Assembly: GCA_023920165.1 (NCBI GenBank)
Contig: CP089278.1
Span: 1,674,001 to 1,738,000 of the forward strand
DNA from: Curvularia clavata
Lineage: Eukaryota
Reading direction: 5' to 3'
DNA: 64,000 nt
This document shows positions 1-14,018 of the stretch, piece by piece; positions within the stretch are counted from its first letter, which is position 1; every line of letters begins with the position of its first letter. A program made the translations under genes and the position numbers. Under the pieces are notes generated by a model. The model searched no databases. It was not told the DNA's origin and saw nothing but the letters and a program-made list of their open reading frames with translations.

Positions 1-88
1 TAGCCTTCAAGCCGTGTGAATGAATCAGCCCGGCCCTTTCACCGAGATATTTGCATCCATAGCTATGCCAAAAGCTGTCTTTAGTTCT

Positions 89-1714
89 CTAATCATGAGA
101 ATCGTTGTCGTCCTTGATGTTGTCGCTACAGTGCTTCCTCTCTTCGGTGAATGCGTTTTCCTCTTCCTGTACTTCCTGATGCATAAGGTCCAGCTCCTCG
201 TTCATACAGCGTTTGCAACTTTCCATCTCTTTCTTAATAACAGCCAGCTCCTTTTCCTTCGACAACCAGGTTTTGCGTAGATCGGCGAGCTTCTTCCGGT
301 AGCCAAAAAATCGATTTTCCGGCGAAATCGCTTCCGGTACATCTGAGAATGATGTGTTCTGCGGTTTCAGAGGCTCATTAGGTGGTGAGGTCGGGATCGG
401 AAGTAGTTTGGGACGTTTTTGGCCAAGCGATGCTTCGTCCATGGTCGGCGGAGAACGCCTGTTTGATACAGCGACTGAAGGTGCTGACTCGTGCTCCAAA
501 CTATTCTCTGTGCATGGTGCCTCTGTCGCTGCCATAGGTCCTCTAGTTGTAGACACTGATGTGGGACTATCAGCTCCTTCGGTACCGGCCATGTAGAGAG
601 ACTCGATGACCATGTCACTGGGTTTTTCGAAGGCCCTCCTTTGGAGATACTCAATGCCTCTGAGATTTGAGGTCATCGTCTTCATCGCCAAATTCACCTT
701 GATGGTCGGGGTGTCCTGGACAGGAGTCGATGACTGCAGGAGAGATTAGCAGCGGATCACAAGTGACGAACTTGAAAAATCTCTCTCACCTTAGAAGAGA
801 GACTCTCACCTCTCTCCAGAGTTCCATTGAGAAAAGGAGGCGGTGTATGTGAGCCACCTTTTTCAGGCCGCTCTCTCTCTGCATCTGCAACAAGTGGAGG
901 CACAGGTTCCAATGGGAGAATCCGTGAGTGGCTCAGCTTCTTGTTCTTGACATCGAATGTGACCGGTAGATCGGGCTCGTCAAGCGCTTCTTCACTGCGG
1001 TAATGAAAGCGGAAGACTACCCAAGGCTCTCTGCCCGGTCGTGGGGATCTCATTCTCCGTTTAAAGGCACTCTCTGAGGTCTTAGTTATCGGAGTAGAGT
1101 TTCTCTCGATGTCTAGCTGGTATGTCGGAGGGACTCTGTTGTAGCAGACAATGCAGTCAATATCTGGAGAATCGTACCTTGTGTCTTTGACATCATGGAA
1201 AACGTCTAGTTGGCGCGTAATGTAGAGCCGGAGCTCCACTGTACCCACGGTCTCTCGTGAGTCTAGCTCCGACTTTTTTGTGGTGGTAAGTTTGTTCAAA
1301 GGAGCTATTAGCATCTTTGAATTGATAGTACCACTTTCTGTCTTGTAAAGGAAGCTATCGAAGTCAAGCTTCTTCTTGATGTGCTGTACATCCTTTGCTT
1401 CGTATGTGATTGACCTGCGATGGACACCGTCCATGAAGGCATCACATGCTATCTCTTTGGTCTATTCGGCTGTTAGGAATCATAAAATATTGTAGATCAT
1501 CTGTGAAAGAATGCGAAAAATCCCTATGGGTACTTACAGTGCCTCTGAATGTCCCACTGATTTTCGGCTTATTTCCTTTCTCAACCGCAACATAGCAGCA
1601 TACTGCATAGTCGGCTGCGACGTATTCGCCATACTCTCTCAGAGGATCAACACTCCCTTCGACATAAAAGTGAATTTCCGCACTTCTATCCGTGCCCTCT
1701 TCGATGACCTTCAT
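89..1714 (-). CDS. Multi-exon hypothetical protein: fungal DUF7918-like N-terminal domain and a C-terminal coiled coil
   Basis: Three consecutive minus-strand ORFs (1442-1933, 757-1434, 89-697) are separated by short intron-like gaps. Likely start is MKVIEEG at 1714. Motifs 'LREYGEY..CCYVAV', 'VGTVELRLY' and 'PWVVFRFHYRS' are typical of this fungal family. Exon boundaries are approximate. Confidence 0.55.
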
Positions 1715-2736
1715 GGTTGTAGAGGTCGATAAGTGATCGAGTATGTTACCGAACCGTGCGGCTCGAGGTGAGATGAAGTTCGTGATAGCCTCAGAGATCG
1801 ATCGACTGGTATGATACTGTCCAGGTGAATGCCTGTCAAGCAAGAATGTGCCTGAATTATGTTGGCGAGATGTCGGGAGAGTTCCAGTAGCTAGATGGTG
1901 GTAAAAGGTTGTGGTTGTGTGATAGGAGATCAAAGAACTGTCTTAGTGCTGTGTATTTATGGGGTTGGAAAGTGAGAGAGGAGAGGGGCTAGAAGCTTGC
2001 TGAAAGCTCATGAGCCCATAGCCTCAGGTGAAGGTAAAGGTAATGGCTCTCAAGCACAGTTGTGTCATGGGCAGTAGTAGAGTCTCGGGATCGTAATAAG
2101 ACACAATTAACAGTACCTGTTGAGTTGCGAAATGTTCGAACAGTGATTAATAGTTGAAGCTACTAGGATCTGTCGGCGTTTGCTGCTATTTTGGCTGATA
2201 TGGTTCATCGGCAGCATCGCATATCACCACATATGGAAGAGGTTGTTTATAGGTGAAGTGAAACACGGATATTGATAGCTTGATTTTCAGCCTTCACAAG
2301 CAGACTAAGACGCACTGTATGGTTCTGCAGGTTTGAATCTTTGAAATTTACATAAAGCCAAAAGGTCGTTCATTTTGCTCAGCCCAGTGCCATAAGTGCA
2401 TGCCATGCGAAGAAGGCAAGACATTATCACATGCGAAAGTTTTGTGTGCCCTGGACAGCCAGAGGACGTCAGGGGCCAAAGCAAGCACTGGTGTAGTACA
2501 AACTATGTCATAACAAAGAATTGAGATGCAAAGCACTGCAGAAGCCACAAGGAACGCACGAGTACCTGCGCCGGAGATATTTGAGATAATAGCGAGCCGC
2601 GGGTTTGGACGGATGCGGTCATTCGCCAAGCGCGGTTTCTTCCTTCGGCTCGGATGCTTTTTCGGCGAGCGGCAGCTTCAGCTTGTTTCTCTTTACCTCA
2701 AATCCCTCACCACCAGCCCAACGCCGCAACTCCAAC

Positions 2737-4138
2737 ATGCTGTCGAGGACCTCCCAACGCACAGCGCAGGTACGATTCAGCCCATGCACGTCTAATTGAA
2801 GGATTTTGGGGAGGTGAAGGGGAGGCGACCAGTACTAATGCGCCCATACAGACGCTCCTGCGGGGCGCGAAGCCTGCCTCACGATGGGCGCCCTCCATGG
2901 CGACTCGATGTATGAAGCCCCCACTCCGAAGACTGTAGATCTGGAAATTCTGACCCGGCGACAGCAATGGCCACGGTCGGCCAGGACATCTTCAAGCCCA
3001 CCAAGTTCGGCGGCAAATACACTGTTACCTTGATCCCTGGTATGCGCGATAGCCGCCCAGAAAACCAAAAAGATATGATATTGAACGTGCGCAGGTGACG
3101 GTATCGGTGCTGAGGTCTCCGAGTCGGTCAAGGAGATCTTCAAGGCCGACAACGTGCCCATTGAGTGGGAGCAGGTCGACGTTTCTGGTGTCGACTCTGG
3201 CAATGTCCACTCCGAGGAACTCCTCCGCGAGTCCATTGCTTCGCTCAAGCGCAACAAGCTCGGTCTCAAGGGCATCCTTCACACTCCTGTCGAACGCTCC
3301 GGCCACCGCTCCTTCAACGTCGCTCTTCGTCAGGAGCTCGACATCTACGCCTCCATCGTCCTCCTCAAGAACATCCCCGGCTATGAGACGCGCCACAAGG
3401 ACATCGATTTCTGCATCATCCGTGAGAACACCGAGGGAGAGTACTCTGGCCTCGAGCATCAGTCTGTTCCTGGCGTCGTCGAGTCGCTCAAGATCATCAC
3501 CCGCGAAAAGTCTGAGCGCATCGCCAAGTTTGCCTTCGCCTTTGCGCTCGCCAACAACCGCAAGAAGGTCACTTGCATCCACAAGGCCAACATCATGAAG
3601 CTTGCGGATGGTCTTTTCCGCAACACCGTCAAGAAGGTCGGCGAGGACTATCCCACTATCGAGACTAACGACATGATTGTCGACAACGCCTCCATGCAGT
3701 GCGTCTCCAGGCCACAGCAGTTCGATGTTATGGTGATGCCCAACTTATACGGAGGTATCCTGTCCAACATCGGTGCTGGCCTTGTCGGTGGCCCTGGTAT
3801 CGTCCCCGGATGCAACATGGGCCGCAACGTTGCCGTTTTCGAGCCTGGCTGCCGTCACGTCGGTCTTGACATCAAGGGCAAGGATCAGGCTAACCCAACT
3901 GCTTTGATCCTGTCTGCCGCTATGATGCTGCGCCACATTGGCCTTGACGACCACGCCAACCGCATCTCGCAGTCCGTCTACAAGGTCATCGCTGACGGGT
4001 GAGTTGCACGAACAGAGTACACACAGAGGAAAGCGAAACTGACAGTGAAATAGTACCGCCCGCACCAGAGACATGGGAGGCAACACCACCACTCACGAGT
4101 TCACTCGTGCTGTCCTCAACGAGATGGAGAAGGCATGA
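2737..4138 (+). CDS. IDH1: Mitochondrial NAD-dependent isocitrate dehydrogenase subunit 1
   Basis: Presequence MLSRTSQRTAQ, then KYTVTLIPGDGIG, IRENTEGEYSGLEH, HKANIMKLADGLF, MPNLYG and ANPTA motifs. Introns include 2770-2851 and ~3999-4053. Stop TGA at 4136-4138. Confidence 0.95.
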
Positions 4139-4445
4139 TTTGACCATCATGATGCCTTCATGTTTGCTAGCCTCGAGCTAGCGCGATGATACCATCACAT
4201 CTAGACCTCGGCTTACGTTGGCTTGAAGCCGACAAGATGGCATTGGTTATGGGACAAGCACGTTTCATTGACGATTGGACGCGATGAAACTTGTACAACT
4301 ACGAGCTGAAATGTGAATAGAGCCGTACTTGTAGGTGGTATATAGCATGTTACATGATTGAATTGACCATTCTTATACCCTCGTGAAGAAAGACAATAAA
4401 AGCAAAAACTCCGTGCTATGCGTGACCTCGTTATGTCGTGGGTAT

Positions 4446-5344
4446 CTAGAATTGGATCCTCCTCTTCCTGCCAGTGTACTTGGACGAGGATTTGACAACC
4501 TTGCCTTGCTTTTCCATCTTTTCCTTCTTCTTTAAGATGTACGCCTTGCTGCCCTTTCTCTCTTCGCCCCTCTTCATACCCTTTGCCTTTCGTCGTGCGT
4601 CTTCAACATCGACGCCCTCCATGCCCCTCACCACACCTGTGATGTCGCCGTCGGTGGACCCTCCACCTACTGTCAGCACAAGATATGTCTTTGCACTCTT
4701 AGTGCCCATATCGTCCTCCAGCAGACCTGCGCCAAATCCTGCCTTGATAGCTGCCTGAGCCACCATCTTCTTTTGGGCGTCGTTCTTGGGGTAGAACTGG
4801 CACACAGCTCTGCCACCTCTCTTCAAAGAAGCGTATAGCTGGTTGAAGAACCTCGATAACCTGCCTGTGGGGCTCTCTTCACTCGTCTCAGCATTGCAAA
4901 GCCATTGCACCGCACTGATACTGATTGCCGCATCAAACGTTCCCGGTCGAAATGGCACACCCTGCCCCGCATCCGCAAGCATCAAGTCGCCCTCGACTTC
5001 CTTCTCCAGCGCCACGCCCAACATGGATGCGCTGATGTCGTACCCGATCCATACATGCGGACCGCCAGGTGTTCCTTGCTCGGCAGTTTGCGACAAGATT
5101 TCGCCCGAGAGACCAGAACCGCAACCAACGTCGAGAATCATCGAGGGCGAAGTGAGGCCGAGGAGGGAGAGGGCACGGTGGGTCATTGTCGATTGAATTT
5201 TTTGGATTCGCGACGACGTCGTGTACTTGCGCGACTCGATGTCATTGTAGAAGAGGTCGGGTGGTCTACAGATTTCTATTAATTCTACGTCGCAAAATCA
5301 GGCTGCTGTGGGAAAGCGTACAGAATATCTTCGGGGCGCGACAT
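4446..5344 (-). CDS. BUD23: 18S rRNA (guanine-N7)-methyltransferase Bud23/WBSCR22
   Basis: MSRPED start at 5344 followed by an intron. SAM-binding ILDVGCGSGLSG, FDAAISISAVQWLC, and C-terminal SKYTGRKRR. Confidence 0.93.
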
Positions 5345-5654
5345 GATTGCGGAATTTGTACTCGGAGATAGCTTCTCGCAAGCAGCTTTTTCACCCTTTC
5401 TGTGCGTCTAGGCTGTGTGGCAATACACAAGACAGAGGGTAAGGCGAGGGGAGCGAGAGTCGTGAGCAGTGTGTCGCGGAATGCAGAAGCCAAGAGTTCG
5501 ACAACTTTTTGGTGTTCACCCCCACACTTTGGCGCGGGTCCACGGGTTTCTCCGCTAGCCATGATGCCACCTTTGGTCTGACCTCATCGTGCGGCATTCA
5601 AACCTCCCTTACCTTTTCTATACTTGAGGAGCTTTCTTGAGGCCGCTCGTCATC

Positions 5655-6528
<874 letters not shown>

Positions 6529-7288
6529 GCGTCTAGGTTTGCCTTGTAGCACATGATTGTACGAATAATGGATGAACGCTATGATGTACAGACTTTTATT
6601 GGGCAGTTTGTTCTTATTTTCCTGTACTATAATTCCCTTCAATGGAGATACGTCGTTATTGCCCGGGTACCGCATTCAAGACAACGTTCTCTATGAACGG
6701 GACGTGAGTGTCGTTCTCGGTAGCCTAGCATCGATCGCTCCATGGATTGATAAGTTACCCCGGCTCACTCATCATCCCCAAGCCCCGAGACGAGTCCACA
6801 CAACAGAGGTAATTGGCATTTCCAGTACCTTTCTGGATTGCCGCTTGAACCATCAGCTCCTCCATCGGACGCCTCTTCCCACGACTGCCAGACGGTGAGG
6901 GGCAAGAATTATCAAGTCAGTAGTGCTCTGTGATTGCTTCACAGTAAACTTCTTCATTTCAGGACACGATATCGATTGTTTTGCAATGCCATGCTAGTGG
7001 AGTTTTGTTTGTGTTACCGCTGCGAAATAAAGCACGCGGTGCCAGACAATGATAATGAGTAGGCGCAATGCGCGACGGCAACGCGACGCTTGAGTGCTGT
7101 AACCGCAAGTGGAGCGGAGACTCGCCTCTCCGACTGCCCGCCGGTTGTCCTCTTTCGTCTTTTTCCGTCAATACACCACCAGCGCACATACCTTGCTTGC
7201 TTCAGTCACTTTATTTTTAACCTTCGCACCGCTAGTCAATTCCACAGTCGCTCCTTCGCTTTTTGCCAGCCCTTCAGTGACCGCCGTC

Positions 7289-10200
7289 ATGGCGTGTAAC
7301 AGTTGGGATAAACTGCGTAAGGCACAGCGTGACTACCCTAAAGCCAAGTTTGCGGATTCGTTTGTCCAAAAATCTCTAAAGAAGACCCCAAAAAACCCTT
7401 TTCTTCTGGTAAAGAATCTGGAATGCGATTGTGCGACTAAATACTGATCCTTGTCTAGGCTTGGAAGGCTGACCTAGCTCTCCAACTCAATCAAGAACCA
7501 AAGAATGTGGCTCTTCAAATACAGCAAGTATGGCAGCAGTCAGGAGCCTATGATTCTCGGCTCCTAGCGTACCTATACAGATTGCTAGCAGAGGCAACGC
7601 GCAGAACCGACGCCGCGGCTCGTTGTATCAGTGGACTCGGCAATGAGAACTCCAAGGCTTGGCTCAGTGCAGCAAAAACACTGGGCCGTCAAGAACGACA
7701 AGAGTTGTGGTCTCAAATGGGTAAAGCCGCATGGCGCGAACAATGCTGGGAAGATTTCCGTTTTGTACGCCAGCGCAATTCATCCTGTCAATCATCATGA
7801 AAAGCTGACAATCCTAGGCTGTCATTCAGTACAGTAAGGAGCTCAAAGACAGCGTCGTGCCTGCATCGGTGAGGAAGCATGCCCACTTCACACAGATACT
7901 CGCTACGCAACTTGCGGCAGAGCAACAGAGCCAATTGCCAGGCGGCGGTCTGAAAAGTCAAATACAGTTTGACCTAGCACGTAGGCTACTGAAACAAGCA
8001 TACGAAGCGCCTTCGGTCAGTAATCCTCGCCTTTGAGATCCAAAACGCTGACTTGATGTAGGATGAGCCAATTGCCTGCAAAGATATCCGGGACTTACGC
8101 TTCATGGGAGAGATTTTCGCGCGACAAGGTAAATGTGATGAGCTTATCAATTTGTGGAACAATCCACCTGCTGCTCTCAAAGGTCTCGTGGCAACGCACC
8201 AGGCCGACTTACAGAGCATGAGAATTAGACTCTCACGAGAAAGTCAAAACTGGTCTCTACTTGAGAGCGAATGTTTGGCTACCATCGAAAATGCGATAGC
8301 GCAATCGGCTGCAGACCCAAACTCCAAGGCAATATGGGAACTCTGCGCCTGGAACAACGACGTATGGGTTTATCTACTATCAGCACTACGGATCAATCGA
8401 TCCGCAGACGAGTAAGTTGCCTCTTTTTTGTATTCGCTTGTACTGATTGAACTGTCTAAGGGCCAAAATAATCGTATCCGACATCCTGCACCGTGCCTTT
8501 GGAACAGACCTGAAAGCCAAGGATCGTGCCTTGAGGTTGACATATATGACGCTCCGCAAGTTCATCGAAGCTTCACTGACGGACGATTGCAAAACCTTCT
8601 GGAGACATCACTCGACCCTACCCAGCTGCTTTACAGACATACGCCAGTTTGTGGAAGTATTGACAGGTGCAAGCGAGTTTGGGGGAAAAGCTCAGCTTTT
8701 TGAATATTTCAATAGCGAACTAATACCAGGAGAGGTGAGTTCTCTAGTTCACGTAGACATTGATATACGCAATCAAGCCTGGAGCCATATCCTGCTGTGC
8801 CCGTGGATGACGGACTGCACGACGAGCGTGACTATCATTTACTGACGCGAAATCAGGACAATTTTACGCAGAAAGATCGGCAAACGCACTGCGAGAACTT
8901 TCAAAAACTGACCTTTCTAATAGTAGCCTCAGTCGGAGCTACGGTTTGGCAAGGCCAGCAACCAAAGGTGTTGGAGGATGTCCTTAGAGTGGCATGTGGA
9001 TTCGATGGCTTCCACAGTCCCAATTCCCCAGCAGGATACATCGCCATCTACATCCTCCTTCAATTGCACCATGGCGTAATGCACGAAGACCAAGCTGTAC
9101 ATCCTTTTGGTAATACGCCTAACTCTCGACTCTTGTTACAAGCTACAATGCTCGCACGCCACCTCGTCGCTTGTGACACAAAAGACAAGCAAGATAGGCC
9201 CCGCGCGTTGCTCGCTGCCCGGTTACACCTAAATCTTGGTCTTGGAAAAAGTGCCTTCAAAATGTATGGTTATACCAAGTGCAAGGAGATGCTCGTCCAT
9301 ACGCTTTCTCCATATGTTTTGTCTCGGATCTCATTGACACATCCTTTTGGTGCCCAGGGCTACGGAGGCTTCTCAGCTGAGGAGGAACTTGGGAAAGCTA
9401 TTGGCACTATGGAGAGAATGGAGTCCAAGACAGAAGACACGATATATCCAGATATTTCAGCACTTCCATGGGATCAGGCTATCGGGTTGTTGCATCTGAG
9501 GCGGAAACTCAAGTCGAGTTTAACAAAACACATCTGCAACGTGGAGCGCCGCCGTATAGCGCGACTGAAGGGTGAACCAGTCGATCAGCTGCCAACTCTG
9601 GACCGGCAAAGTAAGTATGCTAGTCCAACAAGTTGTGTTGCGCTAAAAACGTACAGGCTTCCAAGATGTTGTCGACAACGTGGATACATCCGTCTTTCCT
9701 GACTATGGCAGCAGCCAAGCTGTTGGTCCAGTACCACTCATCATGCCTAACATGGTTCCTAACTTAGCATGTATTGTTGAAGGTTATAGCATCTGGGACA
9801 CCAGTAGCAGAGTGCTATATAGGGAGACACAAACGGGGGACCATATCGGTTCATGGGTAGATGAAGTTGCTACTCCTGCCGGTGGTCATCAAGTCAAGAA
9901 CAACATGACTGTGGCCGAAATCACAGCTGAAAGAATTTGGGTATACATCAACACAGTGGTTGTGGTTATGGACTTTTGCCATGACAAGGTAGATTTGCTC
10001 TCCGACATGGTCAAACAACTGCCGGAAAACCTGCACGCAATACGTCTAGCAATGGAGAAGCTCCGCATGCCAAGCGTTGCCAACTTGAAACCGGAAGACG
10101 AGCCCACCATGTTCCACGAGAACATGCTCATTTCCTGCTACACCAAACTAGAAGTTCTCCGTGCGTTGAGCAAGATGGTTGACCACCTACGCGAAAAGGT

Positions 10201-10495
10201 TATTGGGCCCAAAAGCTCCCATCCCATGAAAGCCAAACTACCGAAGAACTGGGTCAACGAAATTGAGAGTGAGACAAAAATCTGCTATGAGGCGATACGC
10301 GATGTCGCTAATAGCTATATCACCCTCATTGAGCGAAGAGGTGAAGCTGCCATCAAGGCGCAGGTGCGGTGGGGTACCACGGGTGCAATACTCCGAGATG
10401 TCATGAGTGATTCTGATGTGGAATCGTATGCGTCCGAGTACGTTGACAGCGCATTGCAAGCTTGGAAAGGAGTGCTTCAGGTCAAACTCAAGTAG
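7289..10495 (+). CDS. MDM20: NatB N-acetyltransferase auxiliary subunit (Mdm20/NAA25-like), multi-exon
   Basis: A chain of plus-strand ORFs from 7289 to 10495 separated by GT-AG introns. N-terminal 'LKKTPKNPFLL', TPR-like helical body, 'PSCFTDIRQFVE' and 'LAARLHLNLGLGKSAFKMY...KEM'. Family assignment is by recalled similarity. Confidence 0.65.
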
Positions 10496-10741
10496 TTTTT
10501 CTAGATGGCGAATTTTATGTTAGCAGCAGGTTTCACGTGCACATGGCGAACAAAAAAGGGCAGTGGCTAAGAAATGATAGCATAATCCTAAACTAAAAAT
10601 GATGATAGATGCAGGGTATAGACTAGTTGCGTAACTCCAAAAAGCCGCCCATGACCATGAATAAAAAGACATACACTCGCTGCCACCCATCTCTAACCCT
10701 ATGATAAATGCAAACAAAGGAAAGCGAGAGAAAGGAAAATA

Positions 10742-11587
10742 TCACATCCTCGACTTCGTAAGCTGAGCCTGAAGCTCATCGATTTGCTTCTGCAAGTCCG
10801 CCTTTTCCGCCTCGAGCTGCGCCTTCTTCTTAGGCTTCTCCTTATCAACATGCACGTTCTCTTCAGCCAGATCACCTTTGTCATTGAGCACCATTCCCTT
10901 CTCCACTAGCATCTTCTCGACCGCAGGAACAAGTTCAGTGAACGACTTGACAAAGGGAATATCGTAGCGACGACACGTTAGCTCAACATTACCGCCTTTC
11001 CAGTAATCGTCGCCGCAGCACACAACAACCTTGCCAGAGCCCGCCCAGAGACCCAGCTCAAGCAGTGAGACGGGACTCTTAGTCATGACATCGAAGAAGA
11101 AGCAGATGACGTCGACCTGCTCGAGAGCAGCCAGCTCCCACTCCACCTGCGTCCGGAAATCCTCGTCGCGTGCGAGCGGCGTGACGTTGGGGTTCCAATG
11201 GCCTCGGCGCGGATTGCAGACGGTAATAGGGAGGTGGGAGAGCAGGGCGGTCATATGCTTCTGCCACTGGACGGCATTGCCCATTTCTATACTGCCGGCA
11301 GTGAAGACGCTGAATTTCCGGTATGTGGGCGCGTGGGGTGGCACGCAGTGTACAAAGTCCTTGTGGGGCGTAGGAAGTGGTGAGGGGAGAGGAGGAAGCT
11401 GGTTCTTTACATCTTCGACATCTCGGTCGATATCTACGCTTCCTGATGTGTTGGTTGCGGAAGTCATGGTGATGTGTTGCCTTTCTTCTGAAGGTACTGT
11501 CGGCTTGGCGTTCTCTTTGATGGATTCGCTGTGTGGTGGTGCTGTCTTGCCTCTGATCCTATCAAATATATCTCTTGCAAAGAACAT
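10742..11587 (-). CDS. Nucleoside 2-deoxyribosyltransferase-like protein (Nuc_deoxyri_tr2) with a C-terminal coiled coil
   Basis: Motifs VFTAGSIEMG..WQ, NPRR..W, QVEWEL, FFFD..TKSPVSLLELGL and YWKGGNV. First in-frame ATG is at 11587. Confidence 0.8.
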   Translation of the reverse strand: MFFARDIFDRIRGKTAPPHSESIKENAKPTVPSEERQHITMTSATNTSGSVDIDRDVEDVKNQLPPLPSPLPTPHKDFVHCVPPHAPTYRKFSVFTAGSIEMGNAVQWQKHMTALLSHLPITVCNPRRGHWNPNVTPLARDEDFRTQVEWELAALEQVDVICFFFDVMTKSPVSLLELGLWAGSGKVVVCCGDDYWKGGNVELTCRRYDIPFVKSFTELVPAVEKMLVEKGMVLNDKGDLAEENVHVDKEKPKKKAQLEAEKADLQKQIDELQAQLTKSRM

Positions 11588-12824
11588 AGAAGTCGTATGC
11601 TCAGCTGCCGAAAGATGACTCAATTGCTGCAACCCCTTTGTGACAACAAGAACCTCGGAATGTGTTGCTGACTTTGGGAATTGCGGGGACAAGCTGGATT
11701 ATATAGTTTGTTGAGAAAGCTGGAATCTGGGCTGTGAATGTTAGTTGTCATTGTCTAATGTCTTGTACAAGGGTATGTATGGTGGGGCAAACACTCACTT
11801 AGGCCAATGAGATCCAGCTAAGTACAACAACAACGCCGCAACCAGACAATGACTATGAAGACAAGCGTATGGAATGTGGGAATATGAATTTTGAAGCGGC
11901 AAAGCGCGTTGTCCACAATGTGCTTGGGCGTTATATGCTTTATCTCAGATGTTGACTGCTGACGGAAGGCCGAGGCTGAAAGGAAGGCCTAGGCGCCCGC
12001 CTGAGGAGGGCGTCACGCTGGTGTTGCTGCGCCACAGATGCGCTTCAAGCGTTTACACGGCCACACATTTTCATTGAGCACCTGGCCCACACCGCTCTCC
12101 AGCCAACAGTGGTGCCTGAACTACGGCTCCACGCTAATAAGAAACGAGATCTTCTGATTGTTTCAAGGGCTTGAGGCTGTTCCGCAAGGCTGTATCCTCA
12201 GGCGATTGTCTTCTGTGTCGCATGGTCATCCCAAGGGCTAGACATATGTTCTGGACTCTATAATAGGCAGGTGATCTTACGGTAAGAATGTTGATTAGTG
12301 ATGGCATGATTGTGCCTGAAAGGGGATATTGGCGCAGCGAGATGACGGGCGATGCCTTAGTCAAAGCGCGTGCATTATAAGCGCTGAACATTATCTTCCC
12401 GACAAAGGAGTCATCACTTGAAAATATCAAAGACCTCAGGCAGAGTCAGAAGACACTATTTTAGATTAAGGGATATCAAAGACAAAAGTAGAAGTAGCCT
12501 GTTCGGCAGAATGAACTCCTAAGATAGGGCCTCTTTCAGCGACCACAACTGGGAAAACAACCATTGATGACCAGGTCAGCTAAAGGGCACTGATTCCGAA
12601 ATACGATACATTGCTACCTACGGTATCTTTCAAGGATACCTAAGTTGGATACTTACGAGACAGCTTCGAGCTGTTGTATTCAAAGCGAAAGTATATACCC
12701 GTACGTATTCCATACTATCTCAAAAAAAAAAAACCCCTCGAATACTCAAACCATCAAGACCATTTCTTTGGTCATTCTCCCAAATTCCCTACAGCGCCTG
12801 AGACTTGCTTGACACAACATCTCA

Positions 12825-14018
12825 CTACAAGACAGGGCTACTCATGAGTGGATTCGGGTGGGTACAACCACCCTTCAGGACCAGACTGGGCGTCCCATGA
12901 CCTTTAGCTTGGTCTTCGGGGGTGGTGCCAAAGCCAGATACGCGACGCCCAGCCATTTGCTTTATAAATTGGACTCTGTAGAAGTCTCTAGGCGGATCAA
13001 CGATCTGGAAGCAGAGCGAGCCAGAGTCAGTGACCATACCGCAGCTACACTTGATGCCACTGAATCGAACAGAGACCATATCAGCCTGCTCACCGTGTTC
13101 TTTTGTCATCTCATTCGCAAGTATGCGGAGGTTGAGGGTGGACTTTGAGGCAGTGAGAAGAGGTGCACGAAGGTTATCCATCGACCTTGATGCCCTCAGA
13201 TCATTTTTCTTGCCCTTCTGTAGTCGCTTCGGGATCGCGGTGACTCGTAGTAGGGCTGATTTCATCGCAGCCTTCTTGTGCGTCTCTTCAGGCGCCTTTT
13301 GCGCGCGCCAGGACCGACCGCATCCATCACAGATTACGCCGAAGCGTACTTCCTTGTTACCGTCATCTGACAGAGGTACAACCTCAGGCTCGCATATAGG
13401 TACAAACGGTTTGAGCAGACCTTCCAGCGCGCACTTATAACAGGACCGATGTGTGCACACGCATTGCAAGGTGCTGACCGGATGCCGACCTTGTGAAAAG
13501 CTGTAGACATCGTGTTCGCGGTTGCATGTGCAGCAGCGCCATATGCCAACAGGACTTGACGACTTGTCGTCTTGATCAACAAAGGTAACCGTGCTCGACT
13601 TGCTGCTCGGGACTGACTCCGCTGGACCCTCCGCGTCCTTGGAGCATGCTCGAAAGGACTGCACCGACGTGCAGGGTCGCAGTCGACTCATCGCAATAGC
13701 ACGCGCGTGTGCAACACTGCCAGGAATCTTCGGCGTCAGCTCAGTGCTAGCAAACTTGTAGGTTCCGTCCATCACAGGCATTGAGCACATCACAGCCGCA
13801 CACCTTTCTTGCTCGATGTTGTCAACGCCGAGTTGGTTGCCTGAGCCTTCTCCGTCATTGTTTGGCGCAAGAGCACCCGAAGTGCTAAGTGTGTTGAGTG
13901 AGCTAATATTCGGAACCCCATTTTGCTGGTTTAGAGAGCGCTTCTGTTCAGGATGTACCGTTTCCGCGCTCGGTCCCGATGAGCCATTATGGTTGGCACT
14001 GAATGTCAATGGTGACAT
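12825..14018 (-). CDS. Hypothetical protein with a probable double zinc-ribbon (Cys-rich) domain
   Basis: Long single ORF with CxxC clusters WRCCTC, CVCTHRSCYKC, CDGCGRSW and CSCG. First ATG is MSPLTF at 14018. Confidence 0.6.
   Translation of the reverse strand: MSPLTFSANHNGSSGPSAETVHPEQKRSLNQQNGVPNISSLNTLSTSGALAPNNDGEGSGNQLGVDNIEQERCAAVMCSMPVMDGTYKFASTELTPKIPGSVAHARAIAMSRLRPCTSVQSFRACSKDAEGPAESVPSSKSSTVTFVDQDDKSSSPVGIWRCCTCNREHDVYSFSQGRHPVSTLQCVCTHRSCYKCALEGLLKPFVPICEPEVVPLSDDGNKEVRFGVICDGCGRSWRAQKAPEETHKKAAMKSALLRVTAIPKRLQKGKKNDLRASRSMDNLRAPLLTASKSTLNLRILANEMTKEHGEQADMVSVRFSGIKCSCGMVTDSGSLCFQIVDPPRDFYRVQFIKQMAGRRVSGFGTTPEDQAKGHGTPSLVLKGGCTHPNPLMSSPVL

Noticed and set aside
3025..3582. 185-aa antisense ORF, and the Ser-rich ORF 3095-3598
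   Set aside because: Both are shadows of the strongly codon-biased IDH1 coding region.
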